Below, one piece after another: positions 47,801 to 63,700 of a stretch of 64,000 bases of DNA (its first letter is position 1; each line of letters starts with the position of its first letter). The position numbers and the translations under genes were made by a program. Location: NCBI RefSeq assembly GCF_009914755.1, contig NC_060937.1. One strand, 5' to 3'. Source of the stretch: the human T2T-CHM13v2.0 reference genome, Homo sapiens. A model generated the notes under the pieces. The model ran no database searches. It was not told the DNA's origin and saw only the letters and a program-made list of their open reading frames with translations.

Positions 47801-48200
47801 ACATAAAATATCCAAGTACCCAAACTATACATTACATACTGTACATAAAATATGAAATTACATCAAATATATATTATATTAGGTATATAAAATATGAAAG
47901 TACATAAATTATAGATGATATACTGTACATAAAATATCAAAGTAGCCCAAATATATATTATACAGTGTACAAGAAATATCAAAATTTACAAAATATATAT
48001 TATATAATGCACATAAAATATCCAAGTACCCAAAGCAAGTATTTTTTACTGTACATAAAAATGAAAGTACATCAAATATATATTTTATTCTGTACATAAA
48101 ATATCAAAGTACACCAGATATATATTTTATAGTGTACATAAAATATCAAAGTACCCAAACTATACATTATATACTGTACATAAAATATGAAATTACATCA
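41900..48200 (+). repeat. Diverged HSat1A sub-domain with private variants and 8-mer/9-mer alternation
   Basis: Visibly higher substitution density and shorter ORFs. No 373-bp variant occurs. Private markers: gattattaactg, gatatatattttatagtg, aaaagatgaaag, aagtagccc. Confidence 0.85.
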
Positions 48201-49149
48201 AATATATATTAGGTACATAAAATATGAAAGTACCTCAAATATAGATTATATACTGTATAATAAAAATACCAAAGTACCCCAAATATATATTTTATACTGT
48301 ACATGAAATATCAAAGTTCACAAACTATATATTATATACTGCACATAAAATATCAAAGTACCCAACGTATATAATCTATACTGTACAAAAAATATCAAAG
48401 TACCCAAAGCATGTATTATATACTGTACATAAAATATGAAAGTACAACAAATATATATTTTATTCCATACATAAAATATCAAAGTACACCAGATATATGT
48501 TCTATAGCGTACATAAAATATAAAAGTACACAAACTATACATTATATACTGTACATAAAATATGAAATTACATCAAATATATATTATATTAGGTACATAA
48601 AATAAGAAAGTACATCAAATAGAGATTATATACTGTACATTAAATACGAAATTACCCCAAATATATATTATATACTCTACATGAAATATCAAAGTTCACA
48701 AACTATATATTATATACTGTACATAAAATATCAAAGTACCCAAGGTATATATTCTATACTGTACAAAAAATATCAAAGTACCCAAAGCATGTATCATGTA
48801 CTGTATATAAAATATGAAAGTACATCAAATATATATTTTATTCTGTACATAAAATATCAAAGTACACCAGATATATATTCTATAGTGTGCATAAAATAAA
48901 AAAGTACAAAAACTATAAATTATATCCTGTACATAAAATATGAAATTACATCAAATATATATTAAGTACATAAAATATGAAAGTACATCAAATATAGATT
49001 ATATACTGTACATAAAATATCAAAGTACCCCAAATATATATTTTATACTTGACATGAAATATCAAACTTCACAAACCATATATTATATAATGTACATAAA
49101 ATATCAAAGTACCCAAGGTATATATTCTATACTGTACAAAAAATATCAA

Positions 49150-51700
49150 AGTACCCAAAGCATGTATTATATACTGTACATAAAATATGAAAGTACATCA
49201 AATATATATTTAATTCTGTACATAAAATATCAAAGTACACCAGATATATATTCTATAGTGTACATAAAATATCAAAGTACCCAAACTATACATTATATAC
49301 TGTACATAAAGTATGAAATTACATCAAATATATATTATATTAAGTACATAATATATGAAAGTACATCAAATATAGATTATATACTGTACATTAAATACCA
49401 AAGTACCCCAAATATATATTTTATACTGTACATGAAATATCAAAGTTCACAAACTATATATTATATACTGTACATAAATTATCAAATTTCCCAAGGTATA
49501 TATTCTATATTGTACAAAAAATAACAAAGTACCAAAAGCATGTATTATATACTGTATCTAAAATATGAAAGTACATCAAATATATATTTTATTCTGTACA
49601 TAAAATATCAAAGTACACCAGATATATATTCTATAGTGTACATAAAATATCAAAGTACCCAAACTATACATTATATACTGTACATAAAATATGAAATTAC
49701 ATCAAATATATATTATATTAGGTACATAAAATATGAAAGTACATCAAATATAGATTATATACTCTACATAAAATATCAAAGTACCCCAAATATATATTAT
49801 ATACTCTACAGGAAATATCAAAGTTCACACACTATATATTTTATACTGTACATAAAATATCAAAGTACCCAAGGTATATATTCTATACTGTACAAAAAAT
49901 ATCAAAGTACCCAAAGCATGTATTATATACTGTATATAAAATATGAAAGTACATCAAAAATATATTTTATTCTGTACATAAAATATCAAAGTACACCAGA
50001 TATATATTCTATAGTGTACATAAAATAACAAAGTACAAAAACTATACATTATATACTGTACATAAAATATGAAATTACATCAAATACATATTAGGTACAT
50101 AAAATATGAAAGTACATCCAATATAGATTATATACTGTACATAAAATATCAATGTACCCCAAATATATATTTTATACTCTACATGAAATATCAAAGTTCA
50201 CAAACCATATATTATATACTGTACATAAAATATCAAAGTACCCAAGGTATATATTCTATACTGTACAAAAAATATCAAAGTACCCAAAGCATGTATTATA
50301 TACTGTACACAAAATATGAAAGTACATCAAATATATATTTTATTCTGTACATAAAATATCAAAGTACACCAGATATATATTCTATAGTGTACATAAAATA
50401 TCAAAGTACCCAAACTATACATTATATACTGTACATAAAATATGAAATTACATCAAATATATTTTATATTAGGTACATAAAATATGAAAGTACATCAAAT
50501 ATAGATTATATACTGTACATAAAATATCAAAGTACCCCAAATACATATTATATACTGTATATGAAATATCAAAGTTCACAAACTATATATTATATACTGT
50601 GTATAAAATATCAAAGTACCCAAGGTATATATTCTATACTGTACAAAAAATATCAAAGTACCCAAAGCATGTATTATATACTGTACATAAAATATGAAAG
50701 TACATCAAATATATATTTAATTCTGTACATAAAATATCAAAGTACACCAGATATATATTCTATAGTGTACATAAAATATCAAAGTACTCAAACTATACAT
50801 TATATACTGTACATAAAATATGAAATTACATCAAATATATATTATATTAGGTACATAAAATATGAAAGTACATCAAATATAGATTATATACTGTACATTA
50901 AATACCAAAGTACCACAAATATATATTTTATACTGTACATGAAATATCAAAGTTCACAAACTATATATTATATACTGTACATAAATTATGAAAGTACCCA
51001 AGGTATATATTCTATACTGTACAAAAAATAACAAAGTACCAAAAGCATGTATTATATACTGTACTTAAATATGAAAGTACATCAAATATATATTTTATTC
51101 TGTACATAAAATATCAAAGTACACCAGATATATATTCTATAGTGTACATAAAATATCAAAGTACCCAAACTATACATTCTATACTGTACATAAAATATGA
51201 AATTAGATCAAATATATATTATATTAGGTACATAAAATATGAAAGTACATCAAATATAGATTATATACTCTACATAAAATATCAAAGTACCCCAAATATA
51301 TATTATATACTCTACAGGAAATATCAAAGTTCACACACTATATATTATATACTGTACATAAAATATCAAAGTACCCAAGGTATATATTCTATACTGTACA
51401 AAAAATATCAAAGTACCCAAAGCATGTATTATATACTGTATATAAAATATGAAAGTACATCAAAAATATATTTAATTCTGTATATAAAATATCAACGTAC
51501 ACCAGATATATATTCTATAGTGTACATAAAATAACAAAGTACAAAAACTATACATTATATACTGTACATAAAATATGAAATTACATCAAATACATATTAG
51601 GTACATAAAATATGAAAGTACATCAAGTATAGATTATATACTGTACATAAAATATCAATGTACCCAAATATATATTTTATACTCTACATGAAATATCAAA
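49150..51700 (+). repeat. Older tandem duplication with ~1507-bp (4-HOR) period
   Basis: tttaattc at 49209 and 50716; ORF ends 49524->51031 (1507) and 50028->51534 (1506). Shared ataaatta, catcaaaaa and aaatacatatt. Confidence 0.78.
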
Positions 51701-54700
51701 GTTCACAAACCATATATTATATACTGTACATAAAATATCAAAGTACCCAAGGTATATATTTTATACTGTACAAAAAATATCAAAGTACCCAAAGCATGTA
51801 TTATATTCTGTATATAAAATATGAAAGTACATCAAATATATATTTTATTCTGTACATAAAATATCAAAGTACACCAGATATATATTCTATAGTGTACATA
51901 AAATATCAAAGTACCCAAACTATACATTATATACTGTGCATAAAATATGAAATTACATCAAATATATATTAGGTACATAAAATATGAAAGTACATCAAAT
52001 ATAGATTATATACTGTACATAAAATATCAAAGTACCCCAAATATATATTATATACTGTACATGAAATATCAAAGTTCACAAACTATATATTATATACTGT
52101 ACATAAAATATCAAAGTACCCAAGGTATATATTCTGTACTGTACAAAAAATATCAAAGTACCCAAAGCATGTATTATATACTGTATATAAAATATGAAAG
52201 TACATCAAATATATATTTTATTCTGTACATAAAATATCAAAGTACACCAGATATATATTCTATAGTGTACATAAAATAACAAAGTACAAAAACTATAAAT
52301 TATATACTGTACATAAAATATGAAATTACATCAAATACATATTTGGTACATAAAATATGAAAGTACATCAAATATAGATTATATACTGTACATAAAATAT
52401 CAATGTAACCCAAATATATATTTTATACTCTACATGAAATATCAAAGTTCACAAACCATATATTATATACTGTACATAAAATATCAAAGTACCCAAGGTA
52501 TATATTCTATACTGTACAAAAAATATCAAAGTACCCAAAGCATGTATTACAAACTGTACATAAAATATGAAAGTACATCAAATATATATTTTATTCTGTA
52601 CAGAAAATATCAACGTACACCAGATATATATTCTATAGTGTACATAAAATATCAAAGTACCCAAACTATACATTATATACTGTACATAAAATATGAAATT
52701 ACATCAAATATATATTATATTAGGTACATAAAATATGAAAGTACATCAAATATAGATTATATACTGTACATTAAGTACCAAAGTACCCCAAATATATATT
52801 TTATACTGTACATGAAATATCAAAGTTCACAAACTATATATTATATACTGTACATAAAATATCAAAGTACCCAAGGTATATATTCTATACTGTACATAAA
52901 ATATCAAAGTACCCAAAGCATGTATTATAAACTGTACATAAAATATGAAAGTACATCAAATATATATTTTATTCTGTACATAAAATATCAAAGTACACCA
53001 GATATATATTCTATTGTGTACATACAATATCAAAGTACCCAAACTATACATTATATACTGTACATAAAATATGAAATTACATCAAATATATATTATATAC
53101 TGTACATAAAATATGAAAGTACATCAAATATAGATTATATATTGTACATAAAATATCAAAGTTCCCCAAATATATATTATATACTCTACATGAAATATCA
53201 AAGTTCACAAACTATATATTATATACTGTACATAAAATATCAAAGTACCCAAGGTATATATTCTATACTGCACAAAAAATATCAAAGTACCCAAAGCATG
53301 TATTATATACTGTATCTAAAATATGAAAGTACATCAAATATATATTTTATTCTGTACATAAAATATCAAAGTACACCAGATATATATTCTATAGTGTACA
53401 TAAAATAACAAAGTACACAAACTATAAATTATATACTGTACATAAAATATGAAATTACATCAAATATATACTCAGTACATAAAATATGAAAGTACATCAA
53501 ATATAGATTATATACTGTACATAAAATATCAATGTACCCCAAATATATATTTTATACTCTACATGAAATATCAAAGTTCACAAACCATATATTATATACT
53601 GTACATAAAATATCAAAGTACCCAAGGTATATATTCTATACTGTACAAAAAATATCAAAGTACCCAAAGCATGTATTATATACTGTACATAAAATATGAA
53701 AGTACATCAAATATATATTTTATTCTGTACAAAAAATATCAAAGTACACCAGACATATATTCTATAGTGTACATAAAATATCAAAGTACCCAAACTATAC
53801 ATTATATACTGTACATAAAATATGAAATTACATCAAATATATTTTATATTAGGTACATAAAATATGAAAGTACATCAAATATAGATTATATACGGTACAT
53901 TAAATACCAAAGTACCCCAAATATATATTTTATACTGTACATGAAATATCAAAGTTCACAAACTATATATTATATACTGTACATATAATATCAAAGTACC
54001 CGAGGTATATATTCTATACTGTACAAAAAATATCAAAGTACCAAAAGCATGTATTATATACTGTACCTAAAATATGAAAGTACATCAAATATATATTTTA
54101 TTCTGTACATGAAATATCAAAGTACACCAGATATATATTCTATAGTGTACATAAAATATCAAAGTACCCAAACTATACATTATATACTGTACATAAAATA
54201 TGAAATTACATCAAATATATATTAGGTACATAAAATATGAGAGTACATCAAATATAGATTATATACTGTACATAAAATATCAAAGTACCCCAAATATATA
54301 TTATATACTGTACATGAAATATCAAAGTTCACAAACTATATATTATATACTGTACATAAAATATCAAAGTACCCAAGGTATATATTCTATACTGTACAAA
54401 AGATATCAAAGTACCCAAAGCATGTATTATATACTGTACATAAAATATGAAAGTACATCAAATATATATTTTATTCTGTACATAAAATATCAAAGTACAC
54501 CAGATATATATTCTATAGTGTACATAAAATATCAAAGTACCCAAACTATTTATTATATACTGTACATAAAATATGAAATTACATCAAATATATATTATAT
54601 TAGGTACATAAAATATGAAAGTACATCAAATATAGATTATATGCTGTACATTAAATACCAAAGTACCCCAAATATATATTTTATACTGTACATGAAATAT

Positions 54701-57700
54701 CAAAGTTCACAAACTATATATTATATACTGTACATAAAATATCAAGGTACCCAAGGTATATATTCTATACTGTACAAAAAATATCAAAGTACCCAAAGCA
54801 CGTATTATATACTGTACATAAAATATGAAACTACATCAAATATATATTTTATTCTGTACATAAGATATCAAAGTACACCAGATATATATTCTATAGTGTA
54901 CATAAAATAACAAAGTACAAAAACTATAAATTATATACTCTACATAAAATATGAAATTACATCAAATACATATTTGGTACATAAAATATGAAAGTACATC
55001 AAATATAGATTATATACTGTACATAAAATATCAATGTACCCCAAATATATATTTTATACTCTACATGAAATATCAAAGTTCACAAACCATATATTATATA
55101 CTGTACATAAAATATCAAAGTACCCAATGTATATATTCTATACTGTACAAAAAATATCAAAGTACCCAAAGCATGTATTATATACTGTACATAAAATATG
55201 AAAGTTCATCAAATATATATTTTATTCTGTACATAAAATATCAAAGTACACCAGATATATATTCTATAGTGTACATAAAATATCAAAGTACCCAAACTAT
55301 ACATTATATACTGTACTTAAAATATGAAATTACATCAAATATATATTAGGTACATAAAATATGAAAGTACATCAAATATAGATTATACACTGTACATATA
55401 ATATCAATGTACCCCAAATATATATTTTATACTCTACGTGAAATATCAAAGTTCACAACCATACATTATATACTGTACATAAAATATCAAAGTACCCAAG
55501 GTATATATTCTATACTGTACAAAAAATATCAAAGTACCCAAAGCATGTATTATATACTGTACATAAAATATGAAAGTACATCAAATATATATTTTATTCT
55601 GTACATATAATATCAAAGTACACCAGATATGTATTCTATAGTGTACATAAAATATCAAAGTACCCAAACTATACATTATATACTGTACATAAAATACGAA
55701 ATTACATCAAATATATATTAGGTACATAAAATATGAAAGAACATCAAATATAGATTATATACTGTACATAAAATATCAAAGTACCCCAAATATATATTAT
55801 ATACTGTATATGAAATATCAAAGTTCACAAACTATATATTATATACTGTACATAAAATATCAAAGTACCCAAGGTATATATTCTATACTGTACAAAAAAT
55901 ATCAAAGTACCCAAAGCATGTATTATATACTGTACATAAAATATGAAAGTACATCAAATATATATTTTATTCTGTACATAAAATATCAAAGTACACCAGA
56001 TATATATTCTATAGTGTACATAAAATATCAAAGTACCCAAACTATACATTATATACTGTACATAAAATATGAAATTACATCAAATATATATTATATTAGG
56101 TACATAAAATATGAAAGTACATCAAATATAGGTTATATACTGTACATTAAATACCAAAGTACCCCAAATATATATTTTATACTGTACATGAAATATCAAA
56201 GTTCACAAACTATATATTATATGCTGTACATATAATGTCAAAGTACCCAAGGTAAATATTCCATACTGTACAAAAAATAACAAAGTACCAAAAGCATGTA
56301 TTATATACTGTACCTAAAATATGAAAGTACATCAAATATATATTTTATTCTGTACATAAAATATCAAAGTACACCAGATATATATTCTATAGTGTACATA
56401 AAATATCAAAGTATCCAAACTATACATTATATACTGTACATAAAATATGAAATTACATCAAATATATATTATATTAGGTACATAAAATATGAAAGTACAT
56501 CAAATATAGATTATATACTCTACATAAAATATCAAAGCACCCCAAATATATATTATATACTCTACAGGAAATATCAAAGTTCACACACTATATATTATAT
56601 ACTGTACATAAAATATCAAAGTACCCAAGGTATATATTCTATACTGTACAAAAAATATCAAAGTACCCACATCATGTATTATATACTGTACATAAAATAT
56701 GAAAGTACCTCAAATATATATTTTATTCTGTACATAAAATATCAAAGTACACCAGATATATATTCTATAGTGTACATAAAATATCAAAATACCCAAACTA
56801 TACATTATATACTGTACATAAAATATGAAATTACATCAAATATATATTATATTAGGTACGTAAAATATGAAAGTACATCCAATATAGATTATATACTGTA
56901 CATAAAATATCAAAGTACCCCAAATATATATTATATACTGTACATGAAATATCAAAGTTCACAAACTATATATTATATACTGTACATAAAATATCAAAGT
57001 ACCCATGGTATATATTCTATACTGTACAAAAAATATCAAAGTACGCAAAGCATGTATTATATACTGTACATAAAATATGAAAGTACATCAAATATATATT
57101 TTATTCTGTACATAAAATATCAAAGTACACCAGATATATATTTTATAGTGTACATAAAATATCAAAGTACCCAAACTATACATTATATACTGTACATAAA
57201 ATATTAAATTACATCAAATATATATTATATTAGGTACGTAAAATATGAAAGTACATCCAATATAGATTATATACTGTACATAAAATATCAAAGTACCCCA
57301 AATATATTTTATATACTGTACATGAAATATCAAAGTTCACAAACCATATATTATATACTGTACATAAAATATCAAAGTACCCATGGTATATATTCTATAC
57401 TGTACAAAAAATATCAAAGTACCCAAAGCATGTATTATAAACTGTACATAAAATATAAGAGTACATCAAATATATATTTTATTCTGTACATAAAATATCA
57501 AAGTACACCTGATATATATTCCATAGTGTACATAAAATATCAAAGTACCCAAACTATACATTATATACTGTACATAAAATATGAAATTACATCAAATATA
57601 TATTATATTAGGTTCATAAAATATGAAAGTACATCAAATATAGATTATATACTGTACATTAAATACCAAAGTACCCCAAATATATATTTTATACTGTACA

Positions 57701-60700
57701 TGAAATATCAAAGTTCACAAACTATATATTATATACTGTACATAAAATATCAAAGTACCCAAGGTATATATTCTATACTGTACAAAAAACATCAAAGTAC
57801 CCAAAGCATGTATTATAAACTGTACATAAAATATGAAAGTACATCAAATATATATTTTATTCTGTACATAAAATATCAAAGTACACCAGATATATATTCT
57901 ATAGTGTACATAAAATATCAAAATACCCAAACTATACATTATATACTGTACATGAAATATGAAATTACATCAAATATATATTATATTAGGTACATAAAAT
58001 ATGAAAGTACATCAAATATAGATTATATACTGTACATTAAATACCCAAGTACCCCAAATATATATTTTATACTGTACATGAAATATCAAATTTCACAAAC
58101 TATATATTATATACTGTACAGGAAATATCAAAGTACCCAAGGTATATATTCTATACTGTACAAAAAATATCAAAGTACCCAAAGCACGTATTATATACTG
58201 TACATAAAATATGAAAGTACATAAAATATATATTTTATTCTGTACATAAAATATCAAAGTACACCAGATATATATTCTATAGTGTACATAAAATATCAAA
58301 GTACCCAAACTATACATTATATACTGTACATAAAATATGAAATTACATCAAATTTCTATTAGGTATATAAAATATGAAAGTACATCAAATATAGATTATA
58401 TACTGTACATAAAATATCAAAGTACCCCAAATATATATTATATACTGTATATGAAATATCAAAGTTCACAAACTATATATTATATACTGTACATAAAATA
58501 TCAAAGTACCCAAAGTATATATTCTATACTGTACAAAAAATATCAAAGTACCCAAAGCATGTATTATATACTGTACATAAAATATGAAAGTACATCAAAT
58601 ATATATTTTATTCTGTACATAAAATATCAAAGTACACCAGATATATATTCTATAGTGTACATAAAATATCAAAGAACCCAAACTATACATTATATACTAT
58701 ACATAAAATATGAAATTACATCAAATATATATTATATTAGGTACATAAAATATGAAAGTACATCAAATATAGATTATATACTGTACATTAAATACCAAAG
58801 TACCCCAAATCTATATTTTATACTGTACATGAAATATCAAAGTTCACAAACTATATATTATATACTGTACATATAATACCAAAGTACCCAAGGTATATAT
58901 TCTATACTGTACAAAAAATAACAAAGTACCAAAAGCATGTATTATATACTGTACCTAAAATATGAAATTACATCAAATATATATTTTATTCTGTACATAA
59001 AATATCAAAGTACACCAGATATATATCCTAGAGTGTACATAAAATATCAAAGTACCCAAACTATACATTATATACTGTACATACAATATGAAATTACATC
59101 AAATATATATTATATTAGGTACATAAAATATGAAAGTACATCAAATATAGATTATATACTGTACATAAAATATCAAAGTACCCCAAATATATATTTTATA
59201 CTCTACATGAAATATCAAAGTTCACAAACCATATATTATATACTGTACATAAAATATCAAAGTACCCAAGGTATATATTCTATACTGTACAAAAAATATC
59301 AAAGTACCCAAAGCATGTATTATATACTGTACATAAAATATGAAAGTACACCAAATATATATTTTATTCTGTACATAAAATATCAAAGTTCACCAGATAT
59401 ATATTCTATAGTGTACATAAAATATCAAAGTACCCAAACTATACATTATATACTGTACATAAAATATGAAATTACATCAAATATATACTAGATACATAAA
59501 ATATGAAAGTACATCAAATATAGATTATATACTGTACATAAAATATCAATGTACAACAAATATATATTTTATACTCTACATGAAATATCAAAGTTCACAA
59601 ACTATATATTATATAATGTACATAAAATATCAAAGTACCCAAGGTATATATTGTATACTGTACAAAAAATATCAAAGTACCCAAAGCATGTATTATATAC
59701 TGTACATAAAATATGAAAGTACATCAAATATATATTTTATTCTGTACATAAAATATCAAAGTACACCAGATATATATTCTATTGTGTACATAAAATATCA
59801 AAGTACCCAAACTATACATTATATACTGTACATAAAATATGAAATTACATCAAATATATATTATATTAGGTACATAAAATATGAAAGTATATCAAATATA
59901 GATTATATACTGTATATTAAATACCAAAGTATCCCAAATATATATTTTATACTGTGCATGAAATATCAAATTTCACAAACTATATATTATATACTGTACA
60001 TAAAATATCAAAGTACCCACGGTATATATTCTATACTGTACAAAAAATATCAAAGTACCCAAAGCATGTATTATAAACTGTACATAAAATATGAAAGTAC
60101 ATCAAATATATATTTCATTCTGTACATAAAATATCAAAGTACACCAGATATATATTCCATAGTGTACATAAAATATCAAAGTACCCAAACTATACATTAT
60201 ATACTGTACATAAAATATGAAATTACATCAAATATATATTATATTAGGTTCATAAAATATGAAAGTACATCAAATATAGATTATATACTGTACATTAAAT
60301 ACCCAAGTACCCCAAATATATATTTTATACTGTACATGAAATATCAAATTACACAAACTATATATTATATACTGTACATAAAATATCAAAGTACCCAAGG
60401 TATATATTCTATATTGTACAAAAAATATCAAACTACCCAAAGCATGTATTATAAACTGTACATAAAATATGAAAGTACATCAACTATATATTTTATTCTG
60501 TACATAAAATATCAAAGTACACCAGATATATATTCTATAGTTTACATAAAATATCAAAGAACCCAAACTATACATTATATACTGTACATAAAATATGAAA
60601 TTACATCAAATATATATTATATTAGGTACATAAAATATGAAAGTACATCAAATATAGATTATATACTGTACATTAAATACCAAAGCACCCCAAATATATA

Positions 60701-63700
60701 TTTTATACTGTACATGAAATATCAAAGTTCACAAACTATATATTATATACTGTACATATAATATCAAAGTACCCAAGGTATATATTCTATACTGTACAAA
60801 AAATAACAAAGTACCAAAAGCATGTATTATATACTGTACCTAAAATATGAAAGTACATCAAATATATATTTTATTCTGTACAAAAAAATATCAAAGTACA
60901 CCAGATATATATTCTATAGTGTACATAAAATATCAAAGTACCCAAACTATACATTATATACTGTACATAAAATATGAAATTACATCAAATATATATTATA
61001 TTAGGTACATAAAATATGAAAGTACATCAAATATAGATTATATACTGTACATAAAATATCAAAGTACCCCAAATATATATTATATACTCTACAGGAAATA
61101 TCAAAGTTCACACACTATATATTATATACTGTACATAAAATATCAAAATACCCAAGGTATATATTCTATACTGTACAAAAAATATCAAAGTACCCAAAGC
61201 ATGTATTATATACTGTATGTAAAATATGAAAGTACATCAAATATATATTTTATTCTGTACATAAAATATCAAAGTACACCAGATATATATTCTATAGTGT
61301 ACATAAAATAACAAAGTACACAAACTATAAATTCTATACTGTACATAAAATATGAAATTACATCAAATATATATTAGGTACATAAAATATGAAAGTACAT
61401 CAAATATAGATTATATACTATACATAAAATATCAATGTACCCCAAATATATATTTTATACTCTACATGAAATATCAAAGTTCACAAACCATATATTGTAT
61501 ACTGTACATAAAATATCAAAGTACCCAAGGTATGTATTCTATACTGTAAAAAAAATATCAAAGTACCCAAGGTATATATTCTATACTGTACAAAAGATAT
61601 CAAAGTACCCAAAGCATGTATTATATACTGTACATAAAATATGAAAGTACATCAAATATATATTTTATTCTGTACATAAAATATCAAAGTACACCAGATA
61701 TATATTCTATAGTGTACATAAAATATCAAAGTACCCACACTATTTATTATATACTGTATATAAAATATGAAATTACATCAAATATATATTATATTAAGTA
61801 CATAAAATATGAAAGTACATCAAATATAGATTATATACTGTACATTAAATACCAAAGTACCCCAAATATATATTTTATACTGTACATAAAAAATCAAAGT
61901 TCACAAACTATATATTATATACTGTACATAAAATATCAAAGTACCCAAGGTATATATTCTATACTGTACAAAAAATATCAAAGTACCCAAAGCATGTATT
62001 ATATACTGGATATAAAATATGAAAGTACATCAAATATATATTTTATTCTGTACATAAAATATCAGAGTACACCAGATATATATTCTATAGTGTACATAAA
62101 ATAACAAAGTACACAAACTATACATTATATACTGTACATAAAATATGAAATTACATCATATATATATTAGGTACATAAAATATGAAAGTACATCAAATAT
62201 AGATTATATACTGTACATAAAATATCAAAGTACCCCAAATATATATTATATACTCTACATGAAATATCAAAGTTCACAAACTATATATTATATACTGTGC
62301 CTAAAATATAAAAGTACCCAAGGTATATATTCTATACTGTACAAAAAATATCAAAGTACCCAAAGCATGTATTATATACTGTACATAAAATATGAAAGTA
62401 CATCAAATATATATTTTATTCTGTACATAAAATATCAAAGTACACCAGATATATATTCTATAGTGTACATAAAATAACAAAGTACACAAACTATACATTA
62501 TATACTGTACATAAAATATGAAATTACATCAAATATATATTAGGTACATAAAATATGCAATTACATCAAATATAGATTATATACTGTACATAAAATATCA
62601 AAGTACCCCAAATATATATTTTATACTGTACATGAAATATCAAAGTTCACACACTATATATTATATACTGTACATAAAATATCAAAGTACCCAACTTATA
62701 TATTCTATACTGTACAAAAAACATCAAAGTACCCAAAGCATGTATTATATACTGTACATAAAATATGAAAGTACATCAAATATATCTTTTATTCTGTACA
62801 TAATATATCAAAGTACACCAGATATATATTCTATAGTGTACATAAAACAACAAAGTACAAAAACTATAAATTCTATACTGTACATAAAATATGAAATTAC
62901 ATCAAATACATATTAGGTACATAAAATATGAAAGTACATCAAATATAGATTATATACTGTACATAAAATATCAATGTACCCCAAATATATATTTTATACT
63001 CTACATGAAATATCAAAGTTCACAAACCATATATTATATACTGTATATAAAATATCAAAGTACCCAAGGTATATATTCTATACAATACAAAAAATATCAA
63101 AGTACCCAAAGCATGTATTATATACTGTACATAAAATATGAAAGTACATCAAATATATATTTTATTCTGTACATAAAATATCAAAGTACACCAGATATAT
63201 ATTCTATAGTGTACATAAAATATCAAAATACCCAAACTATACATTATATACTGTACATAAAATATGAGATTACATCAAATATATATTATATTAGGTACAT
63301 AAAATATGAAAGTACATCAAATATAGATTATATACTGTACATAAAATATCAAATACCCCAAATATATATTATATACTCTACATGAAATATCAAAGTTCAC
63401 AAACTATATATTATATACTGTACATAAAATATCAAAGTACCCAAGGTATATATTCTATACTGTACAAAAAATATCAAAGTACCCAAAGCATGTATTATAT
63501 ACTGTATATAAAATATGAAAGTACTTTAAATATATATTTTATTCTGTACATAAAATATCAAAGTACACCAGATATATATTCTATAGTGTACATAAAATTA
63601 CAAAGTACACAAACTATAAATTATATACTGTACATAAAATATGAAATTACATCAAATATATATTAGGTACATAAAATATGAAAGTACATCAAATACAGAT

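Noticed and set aside
41900-48200. Diverged island as a low-quality sequencing stretch
   Set aside because: The variants are mostly substitutions that recur at regular 714/1427-bp spacing, which random error would not produce. Read-level confirmation is still desirable.
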